Origin: Thermodesulfobacteriota bacterium
Lineage (GTDB): Bacteria > Desulfobacterota > Desulfobacteria > Desulfobacterales > SURF-7
Direction: 5' to 3'
Length of the DNA: 64,000 nt
Assembly (NCBI GenBank): GCA_049320885.1
Contig: JBMORA010000039.1
Location: forward strand, 1 to 64,000
Part shown: positions 18,431 to 28,389 of the stretch, piece after piece
How the letters are laid out: each line of letters starts with the position of its first letter
Position numbering within the stretch: the stretch's first letter is position 1
The notes under the pieces: model-generated
Seen by the model: only the letters and a program-made list of their open reading frames with translations
Database searches by the model: none
Told to the model about the DNA's origin: nothing
Program-made: the position numbers and the translations under genes

Positions 18431-20767
18431 TTAGAAACCCTTGAAGGGGTTCGGGCCGAGGCCTTCGATATTCGCCACAAAATCATTGATGATCTGCGGA
18501 ATTTTGTCGTATTCGTCGATGGCGACCTGGAATTGGGCCACACGTTCCACCTCGAGGGCCAGGCTTGCCAGGGCGTCACCGATTTTTTTCATCCGGATTT
18601 CCGCCAGCTCGCTGCCCTTGACGAAATGGCACTGGTAGTCGTCGCCGTGTTTGCAACCGAGCAGGAATACGCCGTCCATACCCTGGGAAAGGGCGTCCTT
18701 GATCCAGATCACGTTCACCGATCCGAGGCAGCGGACCGGAATCAGACGCACATCCGCCGAATAGGATAGGCCGTTGATGCCGGCGATGTCCAGGGCCGGA
18801 AGCGCGTCGTTTTCGCAGACCAGGCCCAGAATTCTCAAGGGCGGTTCATCATAGTCGTCCGTGGAGGGCACCCGGACCGCCTTGACCATGGAGCCGATGC
18901 TGTCGATGTTGTAATCGGCGAAACCGATGATCCGTTCCGGACAGGCACCCATGCAGGTTCCACAGCGCCGGCAGCGGGTCGGATTGGGTTTGGGCGTACC
19001 TTTTTCATCGTCATCCAGGGCGCCGAACGGACATTCCTCGGTGCAGCGTTTGCATTGGGTGCAGCGCTGGAAGAAGAAATCCGGGAAGGTCATATCGCCC
19101 GAGCGGGGATGCACGGAAACACCGCGGTTGGAGGATTCCAGGCACTGGATGGCTTTGAGGGCCGCTCCGCTGGCATCTTCAACCGATTCCTCGATGGTCA
19201 TGCTGCGGCGGACTGCGCCGGCGGCGTAAATGCCGGTCCGTTGCGTTTCGTAGGGAAAGCAGATGAAATTGGAGTCCGAGTAGCCGTCGAACAGGCCGAT
19301 ATCCCGAAAGGCCGGTCCCTGGCGGTACGCCAGATTGATCACCGGATCATCCTTGGTGGCCGGCACCATGCCGGCGGCCAGAACCACCATATCGGCTTTC
19401 AACTGGATTTTGTCCCCCAAAAGGGTCTCGCTGGCATCCACCATCAGACCGCTGCCGTTTTTGGCGACCCGGGTCACCCGGCCCTTGGTAAGGAAAATTC
19501 CTTCGGTCTGCTGCATGCTTTTGTAGAAGTTTTCCTGAAGACCGGGAGTGCGCATATGCTGATAGATGACATAGGCCTTGCCGTCGCTGTAGTCCTCGGT
19601 AACGTACTTGGCCTGCTTGAGGGCCACCATGCTGGTAACCGCGCCGCAGTACCGGAAATCACTGTCATCCTCGGGGCCGGGGCTCTGGATGAAGACAACC
19701 GAGCGGGCCGGTTTGCCGTCGGAAGGACGCACGAGTTTGCCCTTGGCGGCGAGTTCCTCGAACTGATGGTTGGTGACCACGTCGGGAATCTCACCGAATC
19801 CGAGATGGGCCAGCCCGGCGGCTTCCGGTTGATCCGGCCGGAAACCGGCGGCCAGGATCACGGCACCGAATTTTTCGCCGGCGGGATCGAATTTCAGGAT
19901 ATCCTGTCGGCCCTGGTTATATTCCAGGTAACGTTCCCGCTGTTTTTCCACATCCAGTTCCTTGCCGTTCTCATCCTTTTTCATTTCGTCCGGCAGGGGG
20001 AAGGGGACGTCGAACTCGATTTTTTCACCGGGTTTTTTCAGGGTGACGGTGAAGTCACCCGGCTGGCCGGCCAGTCGGGCCACCACCATGCCGGTTTTAA
20101 CGGTGATTTTCGGTTCGGCTTCCACGGCCTTGATCAAATCCGCGGCGACCGGCGTCATGGTGCTTTCGTAGGGAAAAGCCATCGGCGTCTGCTTGCGCAG
20201 TCTGGCGGCATAGCCGCCCAGGCCGGCTTCCTTTTCCACGATGGTGACCGGATATCCGGCCTTGGCTACATCCAGGGCCGCCGACATGCCGGTGACGCCG
20301 CCGCCGATGACCAGGATTCTATTGGAGTAGTTGTCCAGCTTGTACGGTTCGGGCAGTTTGACCTTCATCACCCGGGCCATGCCCATTTTCACATAGTCTT
20401 CGGCCATCATCTGGACACGGTCGAAACTGGCGCCGCCGGCTTTCTGCTCCTCCGTCAAGGCCGGGAACTGGCTGCGCGGATGAGACCAGACCACGCCTTC
20501 CCGCAGGTTGACGCGGTCCACGATGCAGCCGTCGAATTTAAAAACGTCGAAATTGACCCGCCGGGAACAAGCGGCGATGACCATCGTATTGATGCCTTTT
20601 TCGTCCTTGTTTTTCCGGATCAGGTCCGTACCTTCCTTGCTGCACAGAAAGGCATGGGTTGTAACCGGGAGGCCTTCCTCTTCGACCAGTCCGGAAAGCG
20701 CTTGAATATCGAGTGCCTCCCCGATGCCGCAACCAGTGCAGATATATACGCCATATTTTTTATCCAT
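18431..20767 (-). CDS. qmoB: QmoB (HdrA-like flavoprotein with ferredoxin and MvhD-like domains)
   Basis: YICTGCG, VNLREG, GGGVTG, YSDSNFICFPYETQRTGIY, CTQCKRCTEECP, CRRCGTCMGACP, C-terminal GPNPFKGF. Confidence 0.96.
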   Translation of the reverse strand: MDKKYGVYICTGCGIGEALDIQALSGLVEEEGLPVTTHAFLCSKEGTDLIRKNKDEKGINTMVIAACSRRVNFDVFKFDGCIVDRVNLREGVVWSHPRSQFPALTEEQKAGGASFDRVQMMAEDYVKMGMARVMKVKLPEPYKLDNYSNRILVIGGGVTGMSAALDVAKAGYPVTIVEKEAGLGGYAARLRKQTPMAFPYESTMTPVAADLIKAVEAEPKITVKTGMVVARLAGQPGDFTVTLKKPGEKIEFDVPFPLPDEMKKDENGKELDVEKQRERYLEYNQGRQDILKFDPAGEKFGAVILAAGFRPDQPEAAGLAHLGFGEIPDVVTNHQFEELAAKGKLVRPSDGKPARSVVFIQSPGPEDDSDFRYCGAVTSMVALKQAKYVTEDYSDGKAYVIYQHMRTPGLQENFYKSMQQTEGIFLTKGRVTRVAKNGSGLMVDASETLLGDKIQLKADMVVLAAGMVPATKDDPVINLAYRQGPAFRDIGLFDGYSDSNFICFPYETQRTGIYAAGAVRRSMTIEESVEDASGAALKAIQCLESSNRGVSVHPRSGDMTFPDFFFQRCTQCKRCTEECPFGALDDDEKGTPKPNPTRCRRCGTCMGACPERIIGFADYNIDSIGSMVKAVRVPSTDDYDEPPLRILGLVCENDALPALDIAGINGLSYSADVRLIPVRCLGSVNVIWIKDALSQGMDGVFLLGCKHGDDYQCHFVKGSELAEIRMKKIGDALASLALEVERVAQFQVAIDEYDKIPQIINDFVANIEGLGPNPFKGF

Positions 20768-20778
20768 GGGTTAACCTC

Positions 20779-22056
20779 CTACCTCCTCACCAGGGTTTGA
20801 ATCGCTTTAAGGGCCATACCGGTCGCATTCTGGTTGGCGGACACCACATCGGACGGCTTGTTGGCGCAACCGGCCGCGAACATGCCGCCTTTGGCAAAGT
20901 CGTTGAGGATGAATCCGTCCTCGGTGTACTTCAGATCCGCCGGCAGTTTGGTATTGGCCGCCGTGGGCTGCATGCCGGTGGCCAATACGGCCAGATCGAC
21001 GGTTTTGCGGATTTTCTCGCCGGTAACCGCGTTTTCCGCCACCAGGGTGACGGCGCCGGTGGCCGCATCTTCGTTGACTTCGGCCACCTTGCCCTTGATC
21101 AGGAAGATCTTTTTGTCTTCCTTGATTTTCTGGTAGAATTTTTCATAGCGCTGGCCGGGAGAGCGGATATCGATATAAAAGATGTAAATGTCCGCTTCCG
21201 GGTAGCGCTCCCGGACATAGGTGGCTTGTTTCAGCGACGCCATACAGCAGATGTAGGAACAGTAGGGCAGATGGTTTTCGTCCCGGGACCCGGCGCATTG
21301 CACGAAAGCCACGCTTTTGGGTTCCTTGTCATCCGAGGGCCGCAGGATTTTACCCGCGGTGGGTCCGCTGGGAGCGGCCAGACGTTCCATCATCATGTTG
21401 GTGATGATGTTCTGGTAGCGGCCGAACCCCAGGTTGTCGATGCGGGTCGCGTCATAGGGCTCCCAGCCGGTGGCCCAGACGACGGCGCCGACTTTCAGGT
21501 TCAATGTCTTGGGCTGCATATCCAGGTCGACGGCGTTGTATTTGCAGGCCTCGGCGCAGCGTCTGGCGTCCTCGGAACCGATGATCTGCGGTGAAATGAC
21601 ATAGCGGGCCGGGAACGCCATCTCGAACGGCAGGTAAGCGCCTTTGGTTTTGTTCATCCGGAAATTGAATTCGCTGGCGATTTCCGTTTCGCAGGCTTCG
21701 GCGCAGGCGCCGCAGCAGGTGCAGTTTTCGTTCACATACCGCGGGTTGACCTTGATGGTCACGTCGTAGTTGCCGGGCGTTCCGGTGACCTTTTCAATTT
21801 CGGAAAGGGTCAGGACCTTGACCCTCGGGTTGTCCTTGATTCTCCGGAAATTGATTTCCAGGCCGCAGGTCGGAGGACACAATTTGGGGAAATACTGGTT
21901 CAGCTGGGACACCCTTCCACCCAAATACGGATTCTTCTCGACCAGGAACACTTCATACCCGACTTCGGCAGCTTCGAGGGTCGTGGTGAGTCCGCTGATC
22001 CCTCCTCCAACTACCAAAATGCTTCCGCTAGCAGGAGCTGCTTTGTCTGTAGTCAT
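20779..22056 (-). CDS. qmoA: QmoA (HdrA-like flavoprotein)
   Basis: GGGISG, YFPKLCPPTCGLEIN, VQCAGSRDENHLPYCSYICCMASLKQ. Confidence 0.96.
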   Translation of the reverse strand: MTTDKAAPASGSILVVGGGISGLTTTLEAAEVGYEVFLVEKNPYLGGRVSQLNQYFPKLCPPTCGLEINFRRIKDNPRVKVLTLSEIEKVTGTPGNYDVTIKVNPRYVNENCTCCGACAEACETEIASEFNFRMNKTKGAYLPFEMAFPARYVISPQIIGSEDARRCAEACKYNAVDLDMQPKTLNLKVGAVVWATGWEPYDATRIDNLGFGRYQNIITNMMMERLAAPSGPTAGKILRPSDDKEPKSVAFVQCAGSRDENHLPYCSYICCMASLKQATYVRERYPEADIYIFYIDIRSPGQRYEKFYQKIKEDKKIFLIKGKVAEVNEDAATGAVTLVAENAVTGEKIRKTVDLAVLATGMQPTAANTKLPADLKYTEDGFILNDFAKGGMFAAGCANKPSDVVSANQNATGMALKAIQTLVRR

Positions 22057-22285
22057 GCTATCCCTCCGTGCATAAAAGTTACGATTGAATGTTCTGAAAC
22101 CGATGCGATATTACAAATCTCAAGCCTTTGAGGCGATATCTCCTCGGCGAATGTGTAGAAATCCGTAAACACTCCATCTGGATGGCGGAAGGTTTTATGG
22201 AATTCTTACGCAAATCGGCACAAACATGCCTTGGATACCGCCCAAAGAGGACTGCCGGTGATCCGCATCGCATATGTTCGTGTAT

Positions 22286-22322
22286 TAATAAAAACCTCCA
22301 GACGCCCAAGGGCGCCTGGAGG
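22286..22322 (-). terminator. Intrinsic terminator downstream of aprA
   Basis: Minus strand CCTCCAGGCGCCC-TT-GGGCGTCTGGAGG followed by TTTTTATTA, about 34 nt after the aprA stop. Confidence 0.75.
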
Positions 22323-22355
22323 TGTTGTCAACGACGATCGAACGTCATCCCAGGC

Positions 22356-24332
22356 TTACGGAATGATTTTCTTGTACTCAACCTTCTTCAGGGACCATTT
22401 GTTGGTGGCCTTGTCGTAGGAAGAGTTGGTGAAGCAGAACCAGTTCGCGTCATCCTGTCCGGGATAATCCGCTTGATAGTAGAATCCGGGGTAGCGGGTT
22501 TCCTTGCGGAACTGAATGTGACGGAGATGGGCCTCAACCGTATAGATACGATGGTAGATTTCCCAGGCTCGCATCAGTTCGTGCAGGTCGCCGGCGGCCA
22601 GTTTCTCGCAATCTTCGCGCATGGTCTCGAGCAGATCGATGACGATCTCCAGGGATTTGCTGCTGGTCTGATAGTAGGTCGCGGTGCCCGCGCCGTATTC
22701 ATGGGTGGCCTTCATCAGACGCAGGGCCATTCCGGACGGCTTGACATAGTTCGGGTTGATGTCCACCGCGGTGGTGTAAGCGCAGTTGGCCAGGTAGGTT
22801 CTGACCGGTTTGTAAACCAGATCCACCAGTTGTTCCTTGGTTTCCTTGAGGGTCGGCTTGAAGGAGGCATGGTCGCGGACGAAGCGGACCATTTCCTTGG
22901 CGGCAATACGACCTTCGGCATGGGAACCGGAGGAGAACTTGTGGCCGGAGCAGCCCACGCCGTCGCCTGAGGTGAACAGACCGACCACGGTGGTCATGCG
23001 GTTGTAGATTTTGCCCGCATCGCCCCATTTGTAACTTTCCGGTACCCAGGCTTCATCCGGACCGGAGACCCAGATGCCGCAGCAACCGGAATGGGAGCCC
23101 AGGAGGTACGGTTCGGTGGGCATGATTTCGGAGTTTTTCTTTTCCGGCTCGGTGTTGGTGGCGCACCACAGGTTGGCCTGCCCGCAGGTCATGTCAAGGA
23201 AGTCTTCCCAGGCTTCGGATTCCAGATGCTTGAGTTCCTTCTTGTCCATGGTTTTGCCGAGTTCGGCCAGGGCGGTGACGGTGTCCATGATGATCGGGCC
23301 GCGGCCTTCTTTCATCTCGAACAGCATCAGGTGGTTACGCAGACAGGTGGGGGTGATGGCGGCCGTTCCGTAGGGAGCGTATTTCTGCAGCTCTTTCTTG
23401 GCGGCTTCGCTGGCGCCGAAGTTTTCACCCAGACCGTTCTGCAATTTGGCCTTGAACAGCAGGAACCAGGCACCCACCGGGCCGTAACCGTCTTTGAAGC
23501 GCGCGGGCGTGAAACGGTTTTCCATCATGGAAAGTTCGGCACCGGCGCGCAGCGCCATGGTGTAGGTGGAGCCGGCATTCCATACCGGATACCAGGCGCG
23601 GCCTTTGCCCTCGCCGACCGAACGGGGTTGATAGATGTTGACCGCGCCGCCGCAAGCCACCATCATGGTTTTGCATTTGATGATGTAGACTTTGTTTTCG
23701 CGGACGGAGAAACCCACCGCGCCGGCGATCTGTTTGGGATTGTTGGCGTCAGTAAGCAGCTCGACGATGAAGCAGCGCTCGATGATGTTTTCATCGCCCA
23801 GGGCCAGCTTGGCGGCTTCGGCGACGACTCTTTTGTAGGATTCGCCGTTGATCATGATCTGCCATTTGCCGGTACGTACCGGTTTGGCGCCGGATTTCAG
23901 GGTGCCCACGGACTGGCCTTTTTTGCCGTCCAGGTTTTTGCCGTCGGCGGATTTTTTCCAGATCGGCAGACCCCACTCCTCGAACAGATGGACGGAATCA
24001 TCAACGTGACGGCCCAGGTCGAAGATCAGGTCTTCACGGACGATGCCCATCAGGTCGTTTCTGACCATGCGGACATAATCATCCGGAGTGTTTTCCCGGC
24101 CGACATAGGTGTTGATGGCGGAAAGCCCCTGGGCGACCGCGCCGCTTCTTTCCATGGCGGCTTTGTCGCACAGCAGGATTTTCATGTCGTCGCTGGCCCA
24201 TTTCTTGACTTCAAACGCGGTACCGCAGGCAGCCATGCCGCCGCCCACGATGAGGATGTCGACTTCGCGTTCCACTACTTCCGGATCCTTTACGGCTTTG
24301 GTTTCCCCAAGAGGTTTATTCGGTAATGCCAT
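22356..24332 (-). CDS. aprA: Adenylylsulfate (APS) reductase alpha subunit
   Basis: GGGMAACG, ERSGAVAQGLSAINTY, WQIMINGESYK, RFKDGYGPVGAWFL, GHKFSSGSHAEGR. Confidence 0.98.
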   Translation of the reverse strand: MALPNKPLGETKAVKDPEVVEREVDILIVGGGMAACGTAFEVKKWASDDMKILLCDKAAMERSGAVAQGLSAINTYVGRENTPDDYVRMVRNDLMGIVREDLIFDLGRHVDDSVHLFEEWGLPIWKKSADGKNLDGKKGQSVGTLKSGAKPVRTGKWQIMINGESYKRVVAEAAKLALGDENIIERCFIVELLTDANNPKQIAGAVGFSVRENKVYIIKCKTMMVACGGAVNIYQPRSVGEGKGRAWYPVWNAGSTYTMALRAGAELSMMENRFTPARFKDGYGPVGAWFLLFKAKLQNGLGENFGASEAAKKELQKYAPYGTAAITPTCLRNHLMLFEMKEGRGPIIMDTVTALAELGKTMDKKELKHLESEAWEDFLDMTCGQANLWCATNTEPEKKNSEIMPTEPYLLGSHSGCCGIWVSGPDEAWVPESYKWGDAGKIYNRMTTVVGLFTSGDGVGCSGHKFSSGSHAEGRIAAKEMVRFVRDHASFKPTLKETKEQLVDLVYKPVRTYLANCAYTTAVDINPNYVKPSGMALRLMKATHEYGAGTATYYQTSSKSLEIVIDLLETMREDCEKLAAGDLHELMRAWEIYHRIYTVEAHLRHIQFRKETRYPGFYYQADYPGQDDANWFCFTNSSYDKATNKWSLKKVEYKKIIP

Positions 24333-24397
24333 GTTATATCCTCCTATATAATTCGTTCGTCATTTGTAGGTTACATGAAACAGTGTCAGCGGACGTC

Positions 24398-24838
24398 CTA
24401 TTTGACGACCTCTTTCGGTGCGACAAGGGTCATGCCATCGGCTTCCTCGGTGGAGAGAAGGCCTGAATCCAGGTTCTTGCCTTTCAGGGACTTATAGGCA
24501 TTGGCCTGACCTTCCGGGGTGGTCCGGATGGGGAACTTGAAGCGTTTGATGAGGCCGTTTCTGAACTTGCAGGTCCACATGACATCTTCGGTGCCCATCA
24601 TCGGCATGATGCTGCTTCCTAGGGGAACAAAGTCGGAGTAGCCGCGTACTTCGATGGCTTGGGTGGGGCAGATTTTGACACAGGAAAAGCATTCCCAGCA
24701 CTGATCCGGTTCCTGGTTGTAGGCCTTCATCGCATTGGGATCCAGAACCATCAGGTCGTTGGGACAAATGTACATGCAAGCGGTTTTGTCCCCACCTTTA
24801 CATCCATCACATTTTTCAGCAATTACAAAGCTTGGCAT
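24398..24838 (-). CDS. aprB: APS reductase beta subunit
   Basis: MPSFV...CDGCKGGDKTACMYICP...CWECFSCVKICP...KRFKFPIRTT. GGAGG RBS precedes ATG 24838. Confidence 0.98.
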   Translation of the reverse strand: MPSFVIAEKCDGCKGGDKTACMYICPNDLMVLDPNAMKAYNQEPDQCWECFSCVKICPTQAIEVRGYSDFVPLGSSIMPMMGTEDVMWTCKFRNGLIKRFKFPIRTTPEGQANAYKSLKGKNLDSGLLSTEEADGMTLVAPKEVVK

Positions 24839-25123
24839 TGAAATACCTCCTAAGTTTTGTGTTTCAATGATTGTCTCGTTCACCTTCAATTGATATCAAG
24901 CCATTATCCACTCAAAAATTTTCGGTTGCACCCCCCTTCATTTCAGTGACCGGCCTCCGGCATATCGACCGGGCTCGTTTTTTTTTGCGTTTTTCGTTGC
25001 GAATATCGTTCGGACCCATCCGGTCATTTGTTACATATATATGAAAATACGGCCAATTTTAGCGCCAAATCATTATTATTTCTTTTAAAATCAAATAGAT
25101 ATGGATAGAACAAACAAAGTGTT

Positions 25124-25152
25124 AAATTACCATCCGATATGGGGCTTGTCAA
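25124..25152 (-). promoter_or_regulatory. Sigma70-type promoter for aprBA
   Basis: Minus strand TTGACA (25152-25147), 17-nt spacer, TAATTT (25129-25124) with an extended -10 TGn. Confidence 0.55.
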
Positions 25153-25308
25153 GAATTTTTGTTCGCCGTATGATGCCTAAAATCGATCCGCATCACGGGG
25201 ATAGCTGTCCATGACAACATGTAGCCGGAGATCCGGTTTACAATACAAGATATGGTGTTAACTGCCGAACCGGATAAACCCATCCGGCGGCCGGGAAGGA
25301 GATCGAAT

Positions 25309-26040
25309 GTGAAGGACGAATTGTTACCCATCGGACAGGATGAATCATTTCAATTTGAGTGTACCAGCAGGACCCCCTGTTTCAACGAATGCTGCCGGGA
25401 TCTGAACCAGTTTGTAACGCCGTATGACATCCTGCGGCTGAAAAACGGCTTGGGGATTCCCTCCACGGAATTTCTGGAACGGTTCACGCGGCAACACATC
25501 GGGCCGGAAACCGGATTGCCCGTCGTCACCCTGCGGTCGCAGGATTCAACGGAAAACACCTGCCCGTTCGTCACCTCGGCCGGATGCCGCTTGTATGCGG
25601 ACCGGCCCGGTTCCTGCCGCATGTATCCCCTGGCCCGCATGATCAGCCGGTCCCGGGAAACCGGCGTCATCACCGAGCATTACGCCATCCTGCAGGAATC
25701 CCATTGTCGGGGATTTGAAAACAGCCGCCGGCAGACCGTCCGGGAATGGATCGAAACCCAGGGACTTCGCGAATACAATGAAATGAACGACCGGATGATG
25801 GATATCCTGCGGCATAAAAACCGCTTGAGTCCCGGCTCCTCATTGTCGCTTGCGGACAAGCAACTGTTTCAGACCGCCTGCTATGATATCGACCGGTTCC
25901 GCGTCAGCCTGCTTGAAAGGGCACTGACGGATTCGGCGGAGTGGAATGACATTTCTCCGGAAAGGCTGCAAACGGACGATATCGCGCTATTGCGCTTCAG
26001 CATGCAATGGATCCGGCGGACCCTCTTCGGTTCGCCCTGA
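25309..26040 (+). CDS. YkgJ-family Cys-cluster (Zn/Fe-chelating) protein
   Basis: FECTSRTPCFNECCR...CPFVTSAGCRLYADRPGSCRMYP...HCRG. AGGAG precedes GTG 25309. Confidence 0.85.
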   Translation: MKDELLPIGQDESFQFECTSRTPCFNECCRDLNQFVTPYDILRLKNGLGIPSTEFLERFTRQHIGPETGLPVVTLRSQDSTENTCPFVTSAGCRLYADRPGSCRMYPLARMISRSRETGVITEHYAILQESHCRGFENSRRQTVREWIETQGLREYNEMNDRMMDILRHKNRLSPGSSLSLADKQLFQTACYDIDRFRVSLLERALTDSAEWNDISPERLQTDDIALLRFSMQWIRRTLFGSP

Positions 26041-26072
26041 TCGTCGATTCCTTGCGCATTGGAGAAGACCCC

Positions 26073-26888
26073 ATGGAACTGAATGGAAAAACCGCCCTGG
26101 TGCTGGGAGCTGTCAAAGGCATCGGCAAGGGTATCGCGCTGGCCCTGGCCCGTGAAGGAGTCAGGATCGCCGCGACGTATTGGGATTGGGAGGAAAGCCT
26201 GGCCGGATTGCGCGACGATCTTTCGGCAACCGGCACGGAACATCTGATCGTCCGGGCGAATCTGCTGGAAACCGACGGCATACCGGGTCTGGTCCGCCAG
26301 GTGGCGGACCGGTTCGGCCGTCTGGACGTCCTCATCAACAATATCGAGAGAGGGGGGTGGCCGGTGGTCCACGGCGCCTATGTCCGGGACCAGTGGGACC
26401 TGGAATTCGCCACCACCTTGCGGGCCAAGCAATGGGTGTTCGACGCGGCCCTGCCGGTTTTGCGGGCTTCGGGTCAGGGTGTGGTGATCAATTTCTCATC
26501 CATTGCCGGCATGGTGGGAAGATCCGGACCGGCGGACATGGTTTTCAACGAAGGATATTCCGCGGCCAGCCGCGGGGTTTCCCTGTTGACCGAAACCTGG
26601 GCGCGGCTGGGGGCGCCCGAAGTCCGGGTGAACGAAATCATGCTCGGTTTCATGGAAACCAGGCATGGGGAGAACACCAGGGGCTGGGGGCTGCTCAGTG
26701 ACGGGCAGAAGCAGGCGATCATCGAGCATACCCTGTGCCGCCGCACCGGAACCATTGCGGATGTCGTCCGGGCGGTCCTGTTTCTTGTCAAGGATGCGCC
26801 CTTCATGACCGGGAGCGTGCTGCGGCTGGACGGGGGATATGTGTTGGGGGGGGAGAAGATCCGGCCCATGCCGAAAGGAGTGGTATAG
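26073..26888 (+). CDS. Short-chain dehydrogenase/reductase with an atypical catalytic motif
   Basis: LGAVKGIG, FGRLDVLINN, INFSS, YSAAS (instead of YxxxK), VRVNEI, MTGSVLRLDGG. GGAG precedes ATG 26073. Confidence 0.85.
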   Translation: MELNGKTALVLGAVKGIGKGIALALAREGVRIAATYWDWEESLAGLRDDLSATGTEHLIVRANLLETDGIPGLVRQVADRFGRLDVLINNIERGGWPVVHGAYVRDQWDLEFATTLRAKQWVFDAALPVLRASGQGVVINFSSIAGMVGRSGPADMVFNEGYSAASRGVSLLTETWARLGAPEVRVNEIMLGFMETRHGENTRGWGLLSDGQKQAIIEHTLCRRTGTIADVVRAVLFLVKDAPFMTGSVLRLDGGYVLGGEKIRPMPKGVV

Positions 26889-26900
26889 TTATTCTCCGGT

Positions 26901-27683
26901 TCAGCGCGGCCGAACGGATTTGCCGCCGATGCCCCAGAGATAGAATTTGATCCAGGTAAAGCCGAATTTCATCAATTCCACGTCGTTCGTTTCCATTTTT
27001 TTCAGGAGAGCCGAAGGGACCTTGTACCGTTTCAAAAAACTGCTTCCGAAAAGAAATTCCCGGAAGCGGTCCATGTTGTAGGCGGCCATGATGGCCATTC
27101 GGGAGCGGGGGCCCTCCGGCCCTTCCGTGCCCCAGGGATCGTTCCGGAACAATGCCTTGAGCTCCGCCCAGAGAGCCGTCATGCGATTGTATTCCCGGGC
27201 TTCCTGATCCGACACCCAAGCATCGACGGTCATCTCCCGGTCTTCAAACCGGCCTAGACAAAAAGAGGGGGGCCGGAAAAAATGGACCAGCTCCGGTTTG
27301 CGATCCGCGTCATGAAAGAGCAGCCCCTGTTCCACCGGAAACGTCCGGCAGGCGTCGGGCCTGTCCGGGTAGACCGAGCAGCCGTCCGGGGTCAGAAAGG
27401 GGCAGGTGTGTTCCTCGTCCTCGGACATTCGCAGCAACATGTCCGGGAAATAACTGCCCGGACGAAGGACCGCGTGCACATGCCGATCGATGAACACATC
27501 GGACCCGATCCCGAGGCGCTGTTTCAAGCGGATGACATCATATGGGTACAGGAAGAGATTCAGGTTGCGGCAACAGCGGTTGAAGCAGGCCAGCTCCCGG
27601 TGGCATCTGAATTGAAACCGGTCCCCGGGGCCGAGTTTTATCCCGGGCCGTTTTTCCATTTCTTGCATGTCGATTGCGCGCAT
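26901..27683 (-). CDS. YkgJ-family Cys-cluster protein (paralog of 25309..26040)
   Basis: FQFRCHRELACFNRCCR...CPFLTPDGCSVYPDRPDACRTFP...FCLG. Start uncertain (27683, 27698 or 27722). Confidence 0.85.
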   Translation of the reverse strand: MRAIDMQEMEKRPGIKLGPGDRFQFRCHRELACFNRCCRNLNLFLYPYDVIRLKQRLGIGSDVFIDRHVHAVLRPGSYFPDMLLRMSEDEEHTCPFLTPDGCSVYPDRPDACRTFPVEQGLLFHDADRKPELVHFFRPPSFCLGRFEDREMTVDAWVSDQEAREYNRMTALWAELKALFRNDPWGTEGPEGPRSRMAIMAAYNMDRFREFLFGSSFLKRYKVPSALLKKMETNDVELMKFGFTWIKFYLWGIGGKSVRPR

Positions 27684-27761
27684 ATCGTCACCATTCATTA
27701 TCAGGCGTTGATCCCCGATCAAGCGGGACTCGATCCCCGGCCCTCCCGCTGGCCCGGCCTC

Positions 27762-28385
27762 TCAATCCGGCGCTGTTGACTCCCTGCCCCGGAGGATCAT
27801 TTCCGCCACCGTCAGTTTGATTTTTCCGGAAAACTTCAAAACGGCGCGATATTTTTTTTCCAGTTCCGCCAACTGAAGATAGAGCGGGGTCCGGTCAAAC
27901 GGGATATAGGCCGGATGCCGGACCTGCCTGTCGAAGTCCGGGCAGCCCGGGCTGAAAACCGGCTGAGATCCGGGTCTTTTCAACTCGTGGGGTATGCCGT
28001 GAAGACGGCAGATCATCGGGCGGTACTCGTACAGGATGCAGCGGGTCTCCGCATTGAGAGGGCACAGCGGTTTTGGTGAGGGCGCCTGGCCGTCTTCGTG
28101 GCTTTGGACATATTTACCGGCGTTTTCACCGGCTATCCGGCGTTCCTTTTCTTCCAGAAGAGCGAGGCCGTTCATCAGGTAATGGAATTCGATGGCGGTA
28201 TGGTGGTGAAACCGGGTGCGGCAACAGTTATCCTCGCATCCCCGGCATACAAAACCGTAGCGCCCGGCGATGTTCCCATAGGCGCCGTCCATGGTTTCAT
28301 AGAGCATCCGCAATTCCTCCAGCAGCGAAGTGATGCGGGAGGCGCTGGCGTCATCGGGAACCATACAGGACATCGGCAGGGTCAT
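27762..28385 (-). CDS. YkgJ-like CxxCxxxCC protein
   Basis: GFVCRGCEDNCC...LCPLNAETRCILYEYRPMICRLHG. Confidence 0.75.
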   Translation of the reverse strand: MTLPMSCMVPDDASASRITSLLEELRMLYETMDGAYGNIAGRYGFVCRGCEDNCCRTRFHHHTAIEFHYLMNGLALLEEKERRIAGENAGKYVQSHEDGQAPSPKPLCPLNAETRCILYEYRPMICRLHGIPHELKRPGSQPVFSPGCPDFDRQVRHPAYIPFDRTPLYLQLAELEKKYRAVLKFSGKIKLTVAEMILRGRESTAPD

Positions 28386-28389
28386 GGGA

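Noticed and set aside
25028..25045. Rex operator upstream of aprB (TTGTTACATATATATGAA)
   Set aside because: Only about 12 of 18 positions match TTGTGAAATATTTCACAA and the right half-site is poor; cannot be supported without a PWM scan.
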